From positions 1 to 27,123 of the IMG/VR virus record IMGVR_UViG_3300037483_000586: a DNA stretch of 27,123 bases; one strand, given 5' to 3'. The first letter of the stretch is position 1; every line of letters starts with the position of its first letter. This DNA comes from a virus. Its lineage: Duplodnaviria > Caudoviricetes. The notes beneath the pieces were generated by a model, which did no database searches, had not been told where the DNA came from, and was given only the letters and a program-made list of their open reading frames with translations. The position numbers and the translations under genes were made by a program. Shown here piece after piece: positions 9,517-16,151 of the stretch.

Positions 9517-9912
9517 TCAGATCGCTCCGGCGCCTCGCGCCGTGAACCTCGCCTTCGGTACCACGTGCTGATCGCCGTCCTCGAACAGCAGGTAGAACGC
9601 CCCCCCCTGTCCTCGCATCTCCGCGTCGGTCAGCTCCATCCAGCAGCCGGCGAAGTCCTGGCGCGCGCCGTTGCGCAGCGTGAAGGTGCTCGTGAGGTTG
9701 CGGAAACGATCGCGATACTGCGCGGGCGCCGACTGCGTGATCCGCGCCGCGACCTTTCCTTCGCACTCACCTTCCCACAGGCTGACGATAGTCTGCTCGT
9801 CCTGGTAGACGTGCAAAGGCACGCGCGACGCCAGGCTCGCGCAGCCTTGAACGAAGAGGCTGGCCGCGACGGCGATGACGAGTGAAGCCGCCTGACGGGC
9901 GGCGTTCCTCAC
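9517..9912 (-). CDS. Putative lipoprotein, 131 aa
   Basis: GTG 9912 gives MRNAARQAASLVIAVAASLFVQG-C (basic n-region, h-region, lipobox-like). It fills the gap between head genes; the start is inferred. Confidence 0.6.
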   Translation of the reverse strand: MRNAARQAASLVIAVAASLFVQGCASLASRVPLHVYQDEQTIVSLWEGECEGKVAARITQSAPAQYRDRFRNLTSTFTLRNGARQDFAGCWMELTDAEMRGQGGAFYLLFEDGDQHVVPKARFTARGAGAI

Positions 9913-9944
9913 GCTCTTTCGACGGTCGCGGTGGAAATTCCGGG

Positions 9945-10205
9945 TCACTTCTTCTTGCCGTCCCTGTCGGGCTTGCCTTTGCCAGCCGTTTCTTCCTTCT
10001 CCTTGCGCTGGCCGGGGACGATCGACGGCGCCGACGCCTTGATCGGTTCCTCGATCGCGCGCGTCGGCTCCGGCGGGTTGTGCGGCTCGACGGTGCCGCG
10101 CGCAAGCGCGAGCTTCGCGTGCTCTTCTTCCAGCTCGACGATCGAGCCGGGCTGGTGGATCTTCCCGCCCGTCTTGATGGGCGACTTCACGAGATAGCTG
10201 TTCAT
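9945..10205 (-). CDS. Small head-associated protein (Mu gp35-like position)
   Basis: YLVKSPIK.GGKIHQPGSIVELEEEHA..L...G.V followed by a low-complexity tail; lies after the capsid gene. Confidence 0.7.
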   Translation of the reverse strand: MNSYLVKSPIKTGGKIHQPGSIVELEEEHAKLALARGTVEPHNPPEPTRAIEEPIKASAPSIVPGQRKEKEETAGKGKPDRDGKKK

Positions 10206-10218
10206 GGCTCTCTTCACT

Positions 10219-10246
10219 AAAAGGGGCGGCTCGCGCGCCGCCCCTT
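10219..10246 (-). terminator. Intrinsic terminator after the major capsid gene
   Basis: Minus strand AAGGGGCGGC-GCGCGA-GCCGCCCCTTTT. Confidence 0.7.
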
Positions 10247-10280
10247 GTCGTCAATCGAATGCGGCCAGGGGCGCGGCCTG

Positions 10281-11366
10281 TTACGCCGCTGCGTCCTGGA
10301 TGAAGTACCCCAGGTCGTTCGCCATCAGCAGTTCCTTCACCGACTCGCCCACGCGCACGCGCTGGCCGCCGCGCATGCCGATCTTGCCGTCGTACTCGCT
10401 GCCGGCGATGCGCGAGCCCCACTGCGCGGTGTAGCCGAAGGTGACGCCGCGCTGCGTGTCCGCGTTCTTGTTGCGATGGATGAGCGACAAGTGCGGCCCC
10501 CACACGCGCTGTATGACCGGTGCCTGGCCCTTCTTGGCGGTGTTCACCCATCCCTGGCCGACGATCACTTCCTCAAGCTCGAACAGCTCGCGGATGAAGG
10601 CGAGTGGCACGACGCCTTCGTCGCCCAGGCTGCCGTTGTAGGACTTCAGGATCGAGCGGTGCGTGCGCAGCGCGATCGACGCCTTCTGCCCGAGCACCAT
10701 CACGTTCGGGCGCATGATGCAGGCGTCCAGGCCGGTGAGGATGTCGGTGATCGGTTTGCTGTCGGCGTGATTAGTCGACCAGATCGCGTTGCCGTTCAGG
10801 TCCACTTTGTTGGCGGCGGCGTACTGCGCCGCGTCGAACACGAGGCCCGCCACGCGCACTTCGCGCGCGAGAAAAATCAGCTCGGTCGTACCTTCGGTCG
10901 CGCGCATCAGCGGGTCGGGCACGCCCGGCTGCGCCCTCGCGTTCTCGATGTCGGCGATCGGCACCTCGTCGTCGAGCGCGTGATCCTGCGTCGAGCTGTC
11001 CACTTCGGTGCCGGTGAATTCGACCGTATTGGGCGCCCCTTTTCGGCCCACCTTGGTCTCGGGCACCGTGAACATCTCGCCCTTCGGGAACGAGTTGTAC
11101 TTGAAGTTCTGCAAACTGACCGGCACGCGCGGCAGCACCGCGTCGGCGATCATCGCGTTGTTGCGATACGCGAGCGTCACCGCCTGCAGCTCGGGCGTGA
11201 CAGGGAAAGGTGCGACCACCGCGCCGGCCATGCCGAGCAACAGCGGCGTGTTCTCGAAGCCCGGCACCTGCGGCAACGCGCCGGCCAGGTGCAGCGCGAC
11301 GAGGGCGATGACCGCCACCAACACCAGGAGGTGGCCGGCACTCATGTTCTTGAACAGGGGTTTCAT
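10281..11366 (-). CDS. Major capsid protein with a hydrophobic N-terminal extension
   Basis: APFPVTPEL.AV.LAYRN...IADAVLPRVPV, REVRVA, RPNVMVLG, TFGYTAQWG.R, DLGYFIQDA; AAGGAG Shine-Dalgarno before ATG 11366. Confidence 0.9.
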   Translation of the reverse strand: MKPLFKNMSAGHLLVLVAVIALVALHLAGALPQVPGFENTPLLLGMAGAVVAPFPVTPELQAVTLAYRNNAMIADAVLPRVPVSLQNFKYNSFPKGEMFTVPETKVGRKGAPNTVEFTGTEVDSSTQDHALDDEVPIADIENARAQPGVPDPLMRATEGTTELIFLAREVRVAGLVFDAAQYAAANKVDLNGNAIWSTNHADSKPITDILTGLDACIMRPNVMVLGQKASIALRTHRSILKSYNGSLGDEGVVPLAFIRELFELEEVIVGQGWVNTAKKGQAPVIQRVWGPHLSLIHRNKNADTQRGVTFGYTAQWGSRIAGSEYDGKIGMRGGQRVRVGESVKELLMANDLGYFIQDAAA

Positions 11367-11405
11367 GGTTCTTGTTTCTCCTTGGGTTTTAGGTGAGCGC
11401 GCCGG

Positions 11406-12194
11406 TTACGCGAACTCGAGATCGACGCTGCGGTAGCGCACGCGCACCTTGAGCGGCGAGTCGCCGGTGATGATCTCGCCGACGAGCATGTGCAGCACCA
11501 GCGCCTTGTTGGCGAGGAACTCCTTCGCGGCATCGGCGAGCGGGTACACGACGCGGTGCTCGTCGGCCACCTGGTCGAGAAAGCCGGTCGTCTCGATCTG
11601 CGCGGCGATCGGGCCGGCCGCGTTCTCGTACTTGATCGCGAGATCCTCGCCCGCGGCGATGCCGGCGTAGGCCGCGGCGTTGAAGTCGAGCCAGAGGCGC
11701 TGCGCGCCTTCGAGCACGAGCAGCTTGCCGGCGCCGGGCGCGGCGACGAGTTCCTTCGGCACGGCGTTGAGGGCGAGCAGTTCGGCGGGGGACACCGTGA
11801 CGGTGGTCTCGGCCACGCCGTCGGCGCCGATCACGGTGGGCTGCACTCGCACCGGAACGAGATCGCCGGCCACGCCCGTTTCGAGCGCGACGCCGCCGAC
11901 GTACTTCGTCGCGCCCGCGACGATGTTGGCGTCGACGGCCTTGCCGTTCGCGTCGGGTTCGACGAACTGGCCGCGCGTGACGGCGCCGCCGCATTCGACG
12001 AGTTCGATGCCGTCCATCACGACATCGACGGATTGATCCAGCGCGGCGGCGACGTTCGGCACGCTGACGCCCAGGATCGGGGATGCGGCGTCGCTCGCCT
12101 GCAGCGCGGCCCAATCGGCGACGCCCATCTTGACGAAGCGGCTCGCGGCGATGGCCGCGCCGGCCTTGAAGCTCTTGGTGAGCAGTGCGTTCAT
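11406..12194 (-). CDS. Capsid cement/decoration protein (DUF2190-like N-domain plus extra C-terminal domain), 262 aa
   Basis: Start inferred at ATG 12194. AGAAIAASRFVK...ILGVS...VECGGAVTRG...DANGKAV...GVALETGVAGDLV; lies between protease and capsid. Confidence 0.75.
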   Translation of the reverse strand: MNALLTKSFKAGAAIAASRFVKMGVADWAALQASDAASPILGVSVPNVAAALDQSVDVVMDGIELVECGGAVTRGQFVEPDANGKAVDANIVAGATKYVGGVALETGVAGDLVPVRVQPTVIGADGVAETTVTVSPAELLALNAVPKELVAAPGAGKLLVLEGAQRLWLDFNAAAYAGIAAGEDLAIKYENAAGPIAAQIETTGFLDQVADEHRVVYPLADAAKEFLANKALVLHMLVGEIITGDSPLKVRVRYRSVDLEFA

Positions 12195-12225
12195 GGTCTC
12201 GTGGGTCCTCTGTGATCGGCGCGCG

Positions 12226-12723
12226 TTACTGCGCGGCCTGCTTCTTGACGTGGGTGACGGCGGCGGTGATCGAGATCTCGCGGCCCGCCTTGCGCTCGGT
12301 TTCCTGGAACTCGACCGCCTTGGCGGCGAGCGCCGTGGCGTCCAGCTCCGCGCCCGCCTCGACATCGCCCGCGCCGCGCTCCTTGAACTCGACGGCCTTG
12401 GGCAGCGTCTTGAGGAAGCCGCGCAGCCAGTCGATGCCCGGCGTGGCGATCTTCTTGTCACTTTCGCCGAACTCGATCTTCGTGTCGGCGGGCAGCGTCT
12501 CCATGAACGCGACCAGGCCGGACTTGTCTTTCGGCAGGATCTTGCCGGCGGCGACCAGGGCGTCGACCTCGGCGGTGATCGCCGTGCGGCGCGCGGCCGT
12601 CTCGTCGGACTTGATCTTCGCCTCGCGCTCGGCGAATGCGACATCCTTCTTGCGCTGCTCTTCGGCCTTCGCGTCCTGCTCGCGCTTCTGCGCGTCGAGC
12701 CGTTCCTTTTCCTTGGGGTCCAC
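12226..12723 (-). CDS. Internal in-frame scaffold protein (Mu gpZ-like)
   Basis: AGGAG-AGAAACGAC-GTG in frame at 12723, just before the charged coiled coil; Mu I/Z has the same nested arrangement. Confidence 0.6.
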   Translation of the reverse strand: MDPKEKERLDAQKREQDAKAEEQRKKDVAFAEREAKIKSDETAARRTAITAEVDALVAAGKILPKDKSGLVAFMETLPADTKIEFGESDKKIATPGIDWLRGFLKTLPKAVEFKERGAGDVEAGAELDATALAAKAVEFQETERKAGREISITAAVTHVKKQAAQ

Positions 12724-13335
12724 GTCGTTTCTCTCCTGGTAGCTGATGCCCGGTGCGGGCTCGGGGTTGTTCTTGACGGCTTCTTCCTGGATCGACGACA
12801 CCGCGTAATCGGGGATCACCTTGTCGGCTTCGTCCTTGCCGAACTTGCCGATCATCCAGTCGCGCAGCCCGCGGAACAGCATCGCGATGTCGCGCGTGGT
12901 CCAGTCCATGAACTCGATCACGTTCGCCTCGTCGTCGGCGAACTCGGCGGACTTCAGGCCCTTCACCGCGGGCGCCTGCGCGCCCAGGAAGCCGACGTGG
13001 CGCAGGTAGTAGCTGCCCGGCTTCGGGTTGTTCGGATCGTCGGGCGCGTACAGCGCGATGCTGATCTTCTTGAACGCGCCGCCGTTCACCAGCTCGGCGA
13101 ATTCCTGGTTGACCTGGTGCGGCTCGGCGACGAGCTTGCCGTCGACGACGCTCAACTTCTTCGCCCAACCGTAGGCGGGCGAGTCGCCCTTCGGGTGACC
13201 GACGACGAACGGCGCCTCGTGCAGCTCCGGCGAATACACATCGGCGATGGCTTGCACCATCGCCGGAGTGAACGGATAGGTTTTCCCGTTCGTGGCCGGA
13301 TGCCGGCCAGGCTTGAAGATCTCCTGAGCCTTCAC
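12226..13335 (-). CDS. Mu gpI-like prohead protease/scaffold
   Basis: EIFKPGRH, APFVVGHP, PAYGW, YYLRHVGFLGAQAPAVKGL; coiled-coil C-terminal half. Confidence 0.92.
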   Translation of the reverse strand: MKAQEIFKPGRHPATNGKTYPFTPAMVQAIADVYSPELHEAPFVVGHPKGDSPAYGWAKKLSVVDGKLVAEPHQVNQEFAELVNGGAFKKISIALYAPDDPNNPKPGSYYLRHVGFLGAQAPAVKGLKSAEFADDEANVIEFMDWTTRDIAMLFRGLRDWMIGKFGKDEADKVIPDYAVSSIQEEAVKNNPEPAPGISYQERNDVDPKEKERLDAQKREQDAKAEEQRKKDVAFAEREAKIKSDETAARRTAITAEVDALVAAGKILPKDKSGLVAFMETLPADTKIEFGESDKKIATPGIDWLRGFLKTLPKAVEFKERGAGDVEAGAELDATALAAKAVEFQETERKAGREISITAAVTHVKKQAAQ

Positions 13336-13397
13336 TTACACGCGCGCGTTCTTGGGCATGGTTGCTCGGTCTCTGAGATTGAAAATCAGCAGACCGC

Positions 13398-13440
13398 ATC
13401 CTGCGCGAGCGCTGGCGGGAAAGCCTTTAGCCTGGGTCAA
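13398..13440 (-). promoter_or_regulatory. Putative Mor/C-activated late promoter of the head-tail operon
   Basis: Dyad TTGACC-CA-GGCTAA (13427-13440), a 23-nt spacer, then -10-like CAGGAT (13398-13403). Same dyad and spacing as at 26866-26908. Confidence 0.7.
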
Positions 13441-13490
13441 AAGACGAGGTTAATCCGGGAGAGCCTTTCGGCTTTCCAGGATCGACCTCG
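13439..13490 (-). terminator. Long hairpin/terminator ending the accessory operon
   Basis: About 21-bp stem (3 mismatches, 1 GU) with a GAAA tetraloop, followed by UCUUUU on the minus strand. Confidence 0.6.
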
Positions 13491-13511
13491 ATGCGGCGGG
13501 GGAACTGCGGA

Positions 13512-13709
13512 CTACTTGACGAGCGCGGCCAGCTCCAGCTTCAGCAGGCGCAGCGCGCGGTCGGGCATGTTGCGCCAGGCTCTCGCAGCGCGCGGCAGCA
13601 GCCAGGCATTGAGCGTGTGGATCGAAACCCTGCCGCACAACTCGGCCGCGCGGGCGCGCGATAGGTTGTGCTGACGGATCAGCGTGCGGAGCTGCTCGGC
13701 ATTGCTCAA
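13512..13709 (-). CDS. Small HTH protein, Aca1-like (65 aa)
   Basis: TTG start overlapping the upstream stop (TTGA) with GGGAG SD. MSNAEQLRTLIRQHNLSRARAAELCGRVSIHTLNAWLLPRAARAWRNMPDRALRLLKLELAALVK has an XRE-type HTH. Confidence 0.75.
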   Translation of the reverse strand: MSNAEQLRTLIRQHNLSRARAAELCGRVSIHTLNAWLLPRAARAWRNMPDRALRLLKLELAALVK

Positions 13710-14086
13710 GCGGATCTCCCGGCGCGCCGTTGCTCGCGCTTCCACTGGCGCTCGCGCCTGGCCAGGTTCGCGGCCGACTGCGCCGCGAGATCGAAGGCAC
13801 CCTCCAAGCTCAACGCGAAGCCGCTGCGCCGGCCCTTCAGGCGCAGCTCGATCCGCGTCTCGCCCTTGTCCTGGTGGACGTGCATCACCACCGGCCGCGC
13901 GTCGCGGTGCGGCCGGTAGCCGCGGATCACAACGTGCCGCCGATCGGCGCGGCACTCGCTGCAGCGCGCGACGATCCGCGCGCCCTTGCCGATCGGCGCC
14001 AGGTCGAACGCCGCCGCGCCGTCGATCGACGTCTCGCCGGTGACCAGGTAGCGCCGGCCGGCGTGCACCACGTAGAGCGCGGTCAT
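13706..14086 (-). CDS. Hypothetical protein, 126 aa (accessory operon gene 5)
   Basis: ATGA-coupled to the upstream gene; basic, with CxxC. Confidence 0.65.
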   Translation of the reverse strand: MTALYVVHAGRRYLVTGETSIDGAAAFDLAPIGKGARIVARCSECRADRRHVVIRGYRPHRDARPVVMHVHQDKGETRIELRLKGRRSGFALSLEGAFDLAAQSAANLARRERQWKREQRRAGRSA

Positions 14087-14448
14087 GACAGCCACCGCTT
14101 GGCGCGCACTCCGCCCTCTGCATGCGCGAGCATCTCCAGCAACTTCTCGGTGCTAATTTCTGCCTTGGCCGCGAGAACCGACACCACCAGGTGCAGCGCG
14201 TCGCGCTTGACCGTCAGCTCCGTTTCGACCGAATCCCAGGTCTTGCCCTTTTCGAGATCGTCGGTGTCGATACCGTCGCATGCGTTGACGCACGAGACGA
14301 ATCGGCGTGCGGTCGCGGCGTCACCGCACGTCGCGATCCACGCGCCCTGGGCATCGACGACAGTGTCAGTGCGCCGCGCGCCGACCTTCAATGGCATCGC
14401 GTAAAGCGACGCCGGCATTGTTCCCCGTGAAACTTTTTCCGCGCCCAT
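14083..14448 (-). CDS. Hypothetical protein, 121 aa (accessory operon gene 4)
   Basis: TGATG-coupled; contains an ARRFVSCVNACDGI motif of the type seen in phage accessory proteins. Confidence 0.7.
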   Translation of the reverse strand: MGAEKVSRGTMPASLYAMPLKVGARRTDTVVDAQGAWIATCGDAATARRFVSCVNACDGIDTDDLEKGKTWDSVETELTVKRDALHLVVSVLAAKAEISTEKLLEMLAHAEGGVRAKRWLS

Positions 14449-14678
14449 CAGTGCGCTCCCTGGCGAAAAAGAAAGGTCAGCGTGCTGGACAGGTCGTCGT
14501 CGAGATTCAAGTGCTCGATCGCGTCGGGCGTCAACCCTTCCGCCATCAGGAGCTGCGCCTTGCCGGACGGCCGCAGATCGCGCAGCCGCGTGCCGATCGC
14601 TTCGACGTAGGCGCTCTCGTCGAAGGTGAGCGAGCGCGACGTGCGTGCCAGATCCTTGAGGATGTCGATGAGCCTCAT
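14448..14678 (-). CDS. Hypothetical protein, 76 aa (accessory operon gene 3)
   Basis: ATGA-coupled with GGAGG SD; MRLIDILKDLARTSRSLTFDE... Confidence 0.7.
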   Translation of the reverse strand: MRLIDILKDLARTSRSLTFDESAYVEAIGTRLRDLRPSGKAQLLMAEGLTPDAIEHLNLDDDLSSTLTFLFRQGAH

Positions 14679-14968
14679 GCCGACCTCCGCTTCGCTTCGT
14701 AGCGTTCGATGCGGCGAGCGAGGGCGGGCTTGCCGAGACATTCCTCGATCCTGGCCTGGAGGCGCACGAGCGCCGCGCTGCGCTCATCCCAACAGGTCGC
14801 CTCGGGCAGTCCAGGAACGAGCAGCGTCTTGCCGTCGTATGCGCGGCGCGCGAGACCCGCCACGGCTTCGCGCAGCTTCTTCGCCGGGCCGCTGGTGATC
14901 GGCAAGGTGTTGCGCTCGACTTTGCGGCCGAAACTGATGACGCCGTTGGCTTGAGCGAGTGCGATCAT
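14675..14968 (-). CDS. Conserved Mu-like small protein, 97 aa (family often labelled host nuclease inhibitor; accessory operon gene 2)
   Basis: ATGA-coupled; motif A.ANGVISFG...LPI..G..KKLR..V...ARRAYDGKTLLVPGLPEA recognised from memory. Confidence 0.7.
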   Translation of the reverse strand: MIALAQANGVISFGRKVERNTLPITSGPAKKLREAVAGLARRAYDGKTLLVPGLPEATCWDERSAALVRLQARIEECLGKPALARRIERYEAKRRSA

Positions 14969-15411
14969 GACGCTCTCCAGACTTGTTGCATCAGCTCGCG
15001 GGCGTCCTTGATCAGCGCGGCCGGCGCGATCGACTCGTCGCTCCAGTCGTCGATGCCGAGGAAGCGATCGATCAGCTCGGCCGCGCCCTTCGCGACGTCG
15101 GCCGCGCGCGCCATCTTCATCAGTTCGACCGTGGCTTCCTGCTTTCCCTTCGGCGTGCCGTCCTGGAGTACCGCGATGAAAATCTGCGCGGCCTGGCACC
15201 AGGTCATGCGCATGTCGGTCGCGTGCGTCGTTCGTTCCTCGTGCTTCGACGGATCGATCAGCGTTCCGACGCGAGGCATCTCACCATTGACCTCGGCAGG
15301 CAAAACCCAGAAGGCCCGCCCGCCTGCCGTCTTTATCAGCGCGGTCCTGGTGCCGTCTGGCTTCTTCGTCGAGCCGTACACCTCGATGATGGTGTTGGGA
15401 TTCGTTTTCAT
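14965..15411 (-). CDS. Hypothetical protein, 148 aa (accessory operon gene 1)
   Basis: AAGGAG SD before ATG 15411; first gene after the 15462-15490 promoter. Confidence 0.8.
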   Translation of the reverse strand: MKTNPNTIIEVYGSTKKPDGTRTALIKTAGGRAFWVLPAEVNGEMPRVGTLIDPSKHEERTTHATDMRMTWCQAAQIFIAVLQDGTPKGKQEATVELMKMARAADVAKGAAELIDRFLGIDDWSDESIAPAALIKDARELMQQVWRAS

Positions 15412-15440
15412 GTCCGTCTCCTTGTATGTGCTCGCCGCAT

Positions 15441-15501
15441 GGTGCAGCAAGCTGCACCATCAGACTACATACAATGTACGCATGGTGCAAGTAGCTGCAC
15501 C
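15441..15501. promoter_or_regulatory. Two operators GGTGCA-N6-TGCACC (15441-15458, 15484-15501)
   Basis: Perfect 6-bp arms; they overlap the predicted start site and the -35; the same motif recurs at 16560-16577. Confidence 0.8.
15462..15490 (-). promoter_or_regulatory. Sigma70 promoter of the leftward accessory operon
   Basis: TTGCAC-17 nt-TAGTCT on the minus strand; AT-rich patch in a GC-rich background. Confidence 0.75.
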
Positions 15502-15710
15502 ACCAGGCCGGCAAGCAGGCCGGAAGGGGGGTCTAGGCCGGGATCGGGGCCGGAAGGCCGGTTTGGGGATGCCGGGGGTGCCCGGATCGGGCGGCACCCC
15601 GTTCAAATTGGCGCCAGCCTGTTCAAAAAATCCGGCGTGGGTGGAGCTGGCGGGCCTGTATGTAATCGCGCAACCTGCGCGATCCTGGCCGGTCGGCCCG
15701 ATTGGCGGTC

Positions 15711-15971
15711 TCAGTCCATGTCGTCGGTCGGCGGGCGAGCCGGCTTTCCGGCTACCCGGCGCAGCAACCGAATCAGTCTCGTGAAGGTCGTCTCGTAGTC
15801 GTGCTCGATCAGGATAACGGTGCTGTTGTTGATGTTGACGACGTTGTGGTGACCGCGCAGTCGTGTAGGCGGCCGGGCGTCGAATGTGCCCGTTGCCTTC
15901 CTCTCATCATCGATGGCATCGGCAAGAATGCGGCGCACCCTCGCCTTGACGTCATCGTCTTTGGATGCCAT
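15711..15971 (-). CDS. Hypothetical protein, 86 aa, downstream of the repressor
   Basis: ATG with AAGGGGG SD; co-oriented with the repressor. Confidence 0.55.
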   Translation of the reverse strand: MASKDDDVKARVRRILADAIDDERKATGTFDARPPTRLRGHHNVVNINNSTVILIEHDYETTFTRLIRLLRRVAGKPARPPTDDMD

Positions 15972-16039
15972 AGCGCGCCCCCTTCAGAGCGTGATGCTCT
16001 CGGCGATCGCCATTATTTTTTTAAATGACCGTCTGCCGA

Positions 16040-16151
16040 GAAACTGAACGTGAAGTCCTACGCAGCCAGCGTGACGAGATTTAGCACAGTCGCGCGAAAC
16101 TGAACGTGAATTCCTACGCAGCCAGCTTGACGAGGTTTAACACGGTCGCGC
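16040..16151. repeat. 56-bp imperfect tandem duplication of the repressor 3' end
   Basis: 16040-16095 vs 16096-16151, 5 mismatches. Confidence 0.95.

Noticed and set aside
13361-13385. GTTGCTCGGTCTCTGAGATTGAAAA resembles a solitary CRISPR repeat (GTT...ATTGAAA), i.e. a possible RNA anti-CRISPR
   Set aside because: Too short, weak hairpin, single copy and antisense to the local transcription; likely chance.
135-13674. Many long plus-strand ORFs (e.g. 135-1481, 805-2277, 3035-4348, 6373-8511, 12130-13674)
   Set aside because: Antisense shadows of well-supported minus-strand structural genes in high-GC DNA; Arg/Ala/Gly-rich with no motifs.
15526-15600. G-runs as a G-quadruplex, and hairpin GGGGTGCC...GGCACCCC as a terminator
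   Set aside because: Loops are long and irregular for a canonical G4 and the hairpin lacks a U-tract; helical phasing explains the tract better.
16040-16151. Tandem repeat as a DGR template/variable pair or a CRISPR mini-array
   Set aside because: Mismatches are not confined to adenines of one copy, no reverse transcriptase or cas gene is in view, and there is no spacer between the copies.
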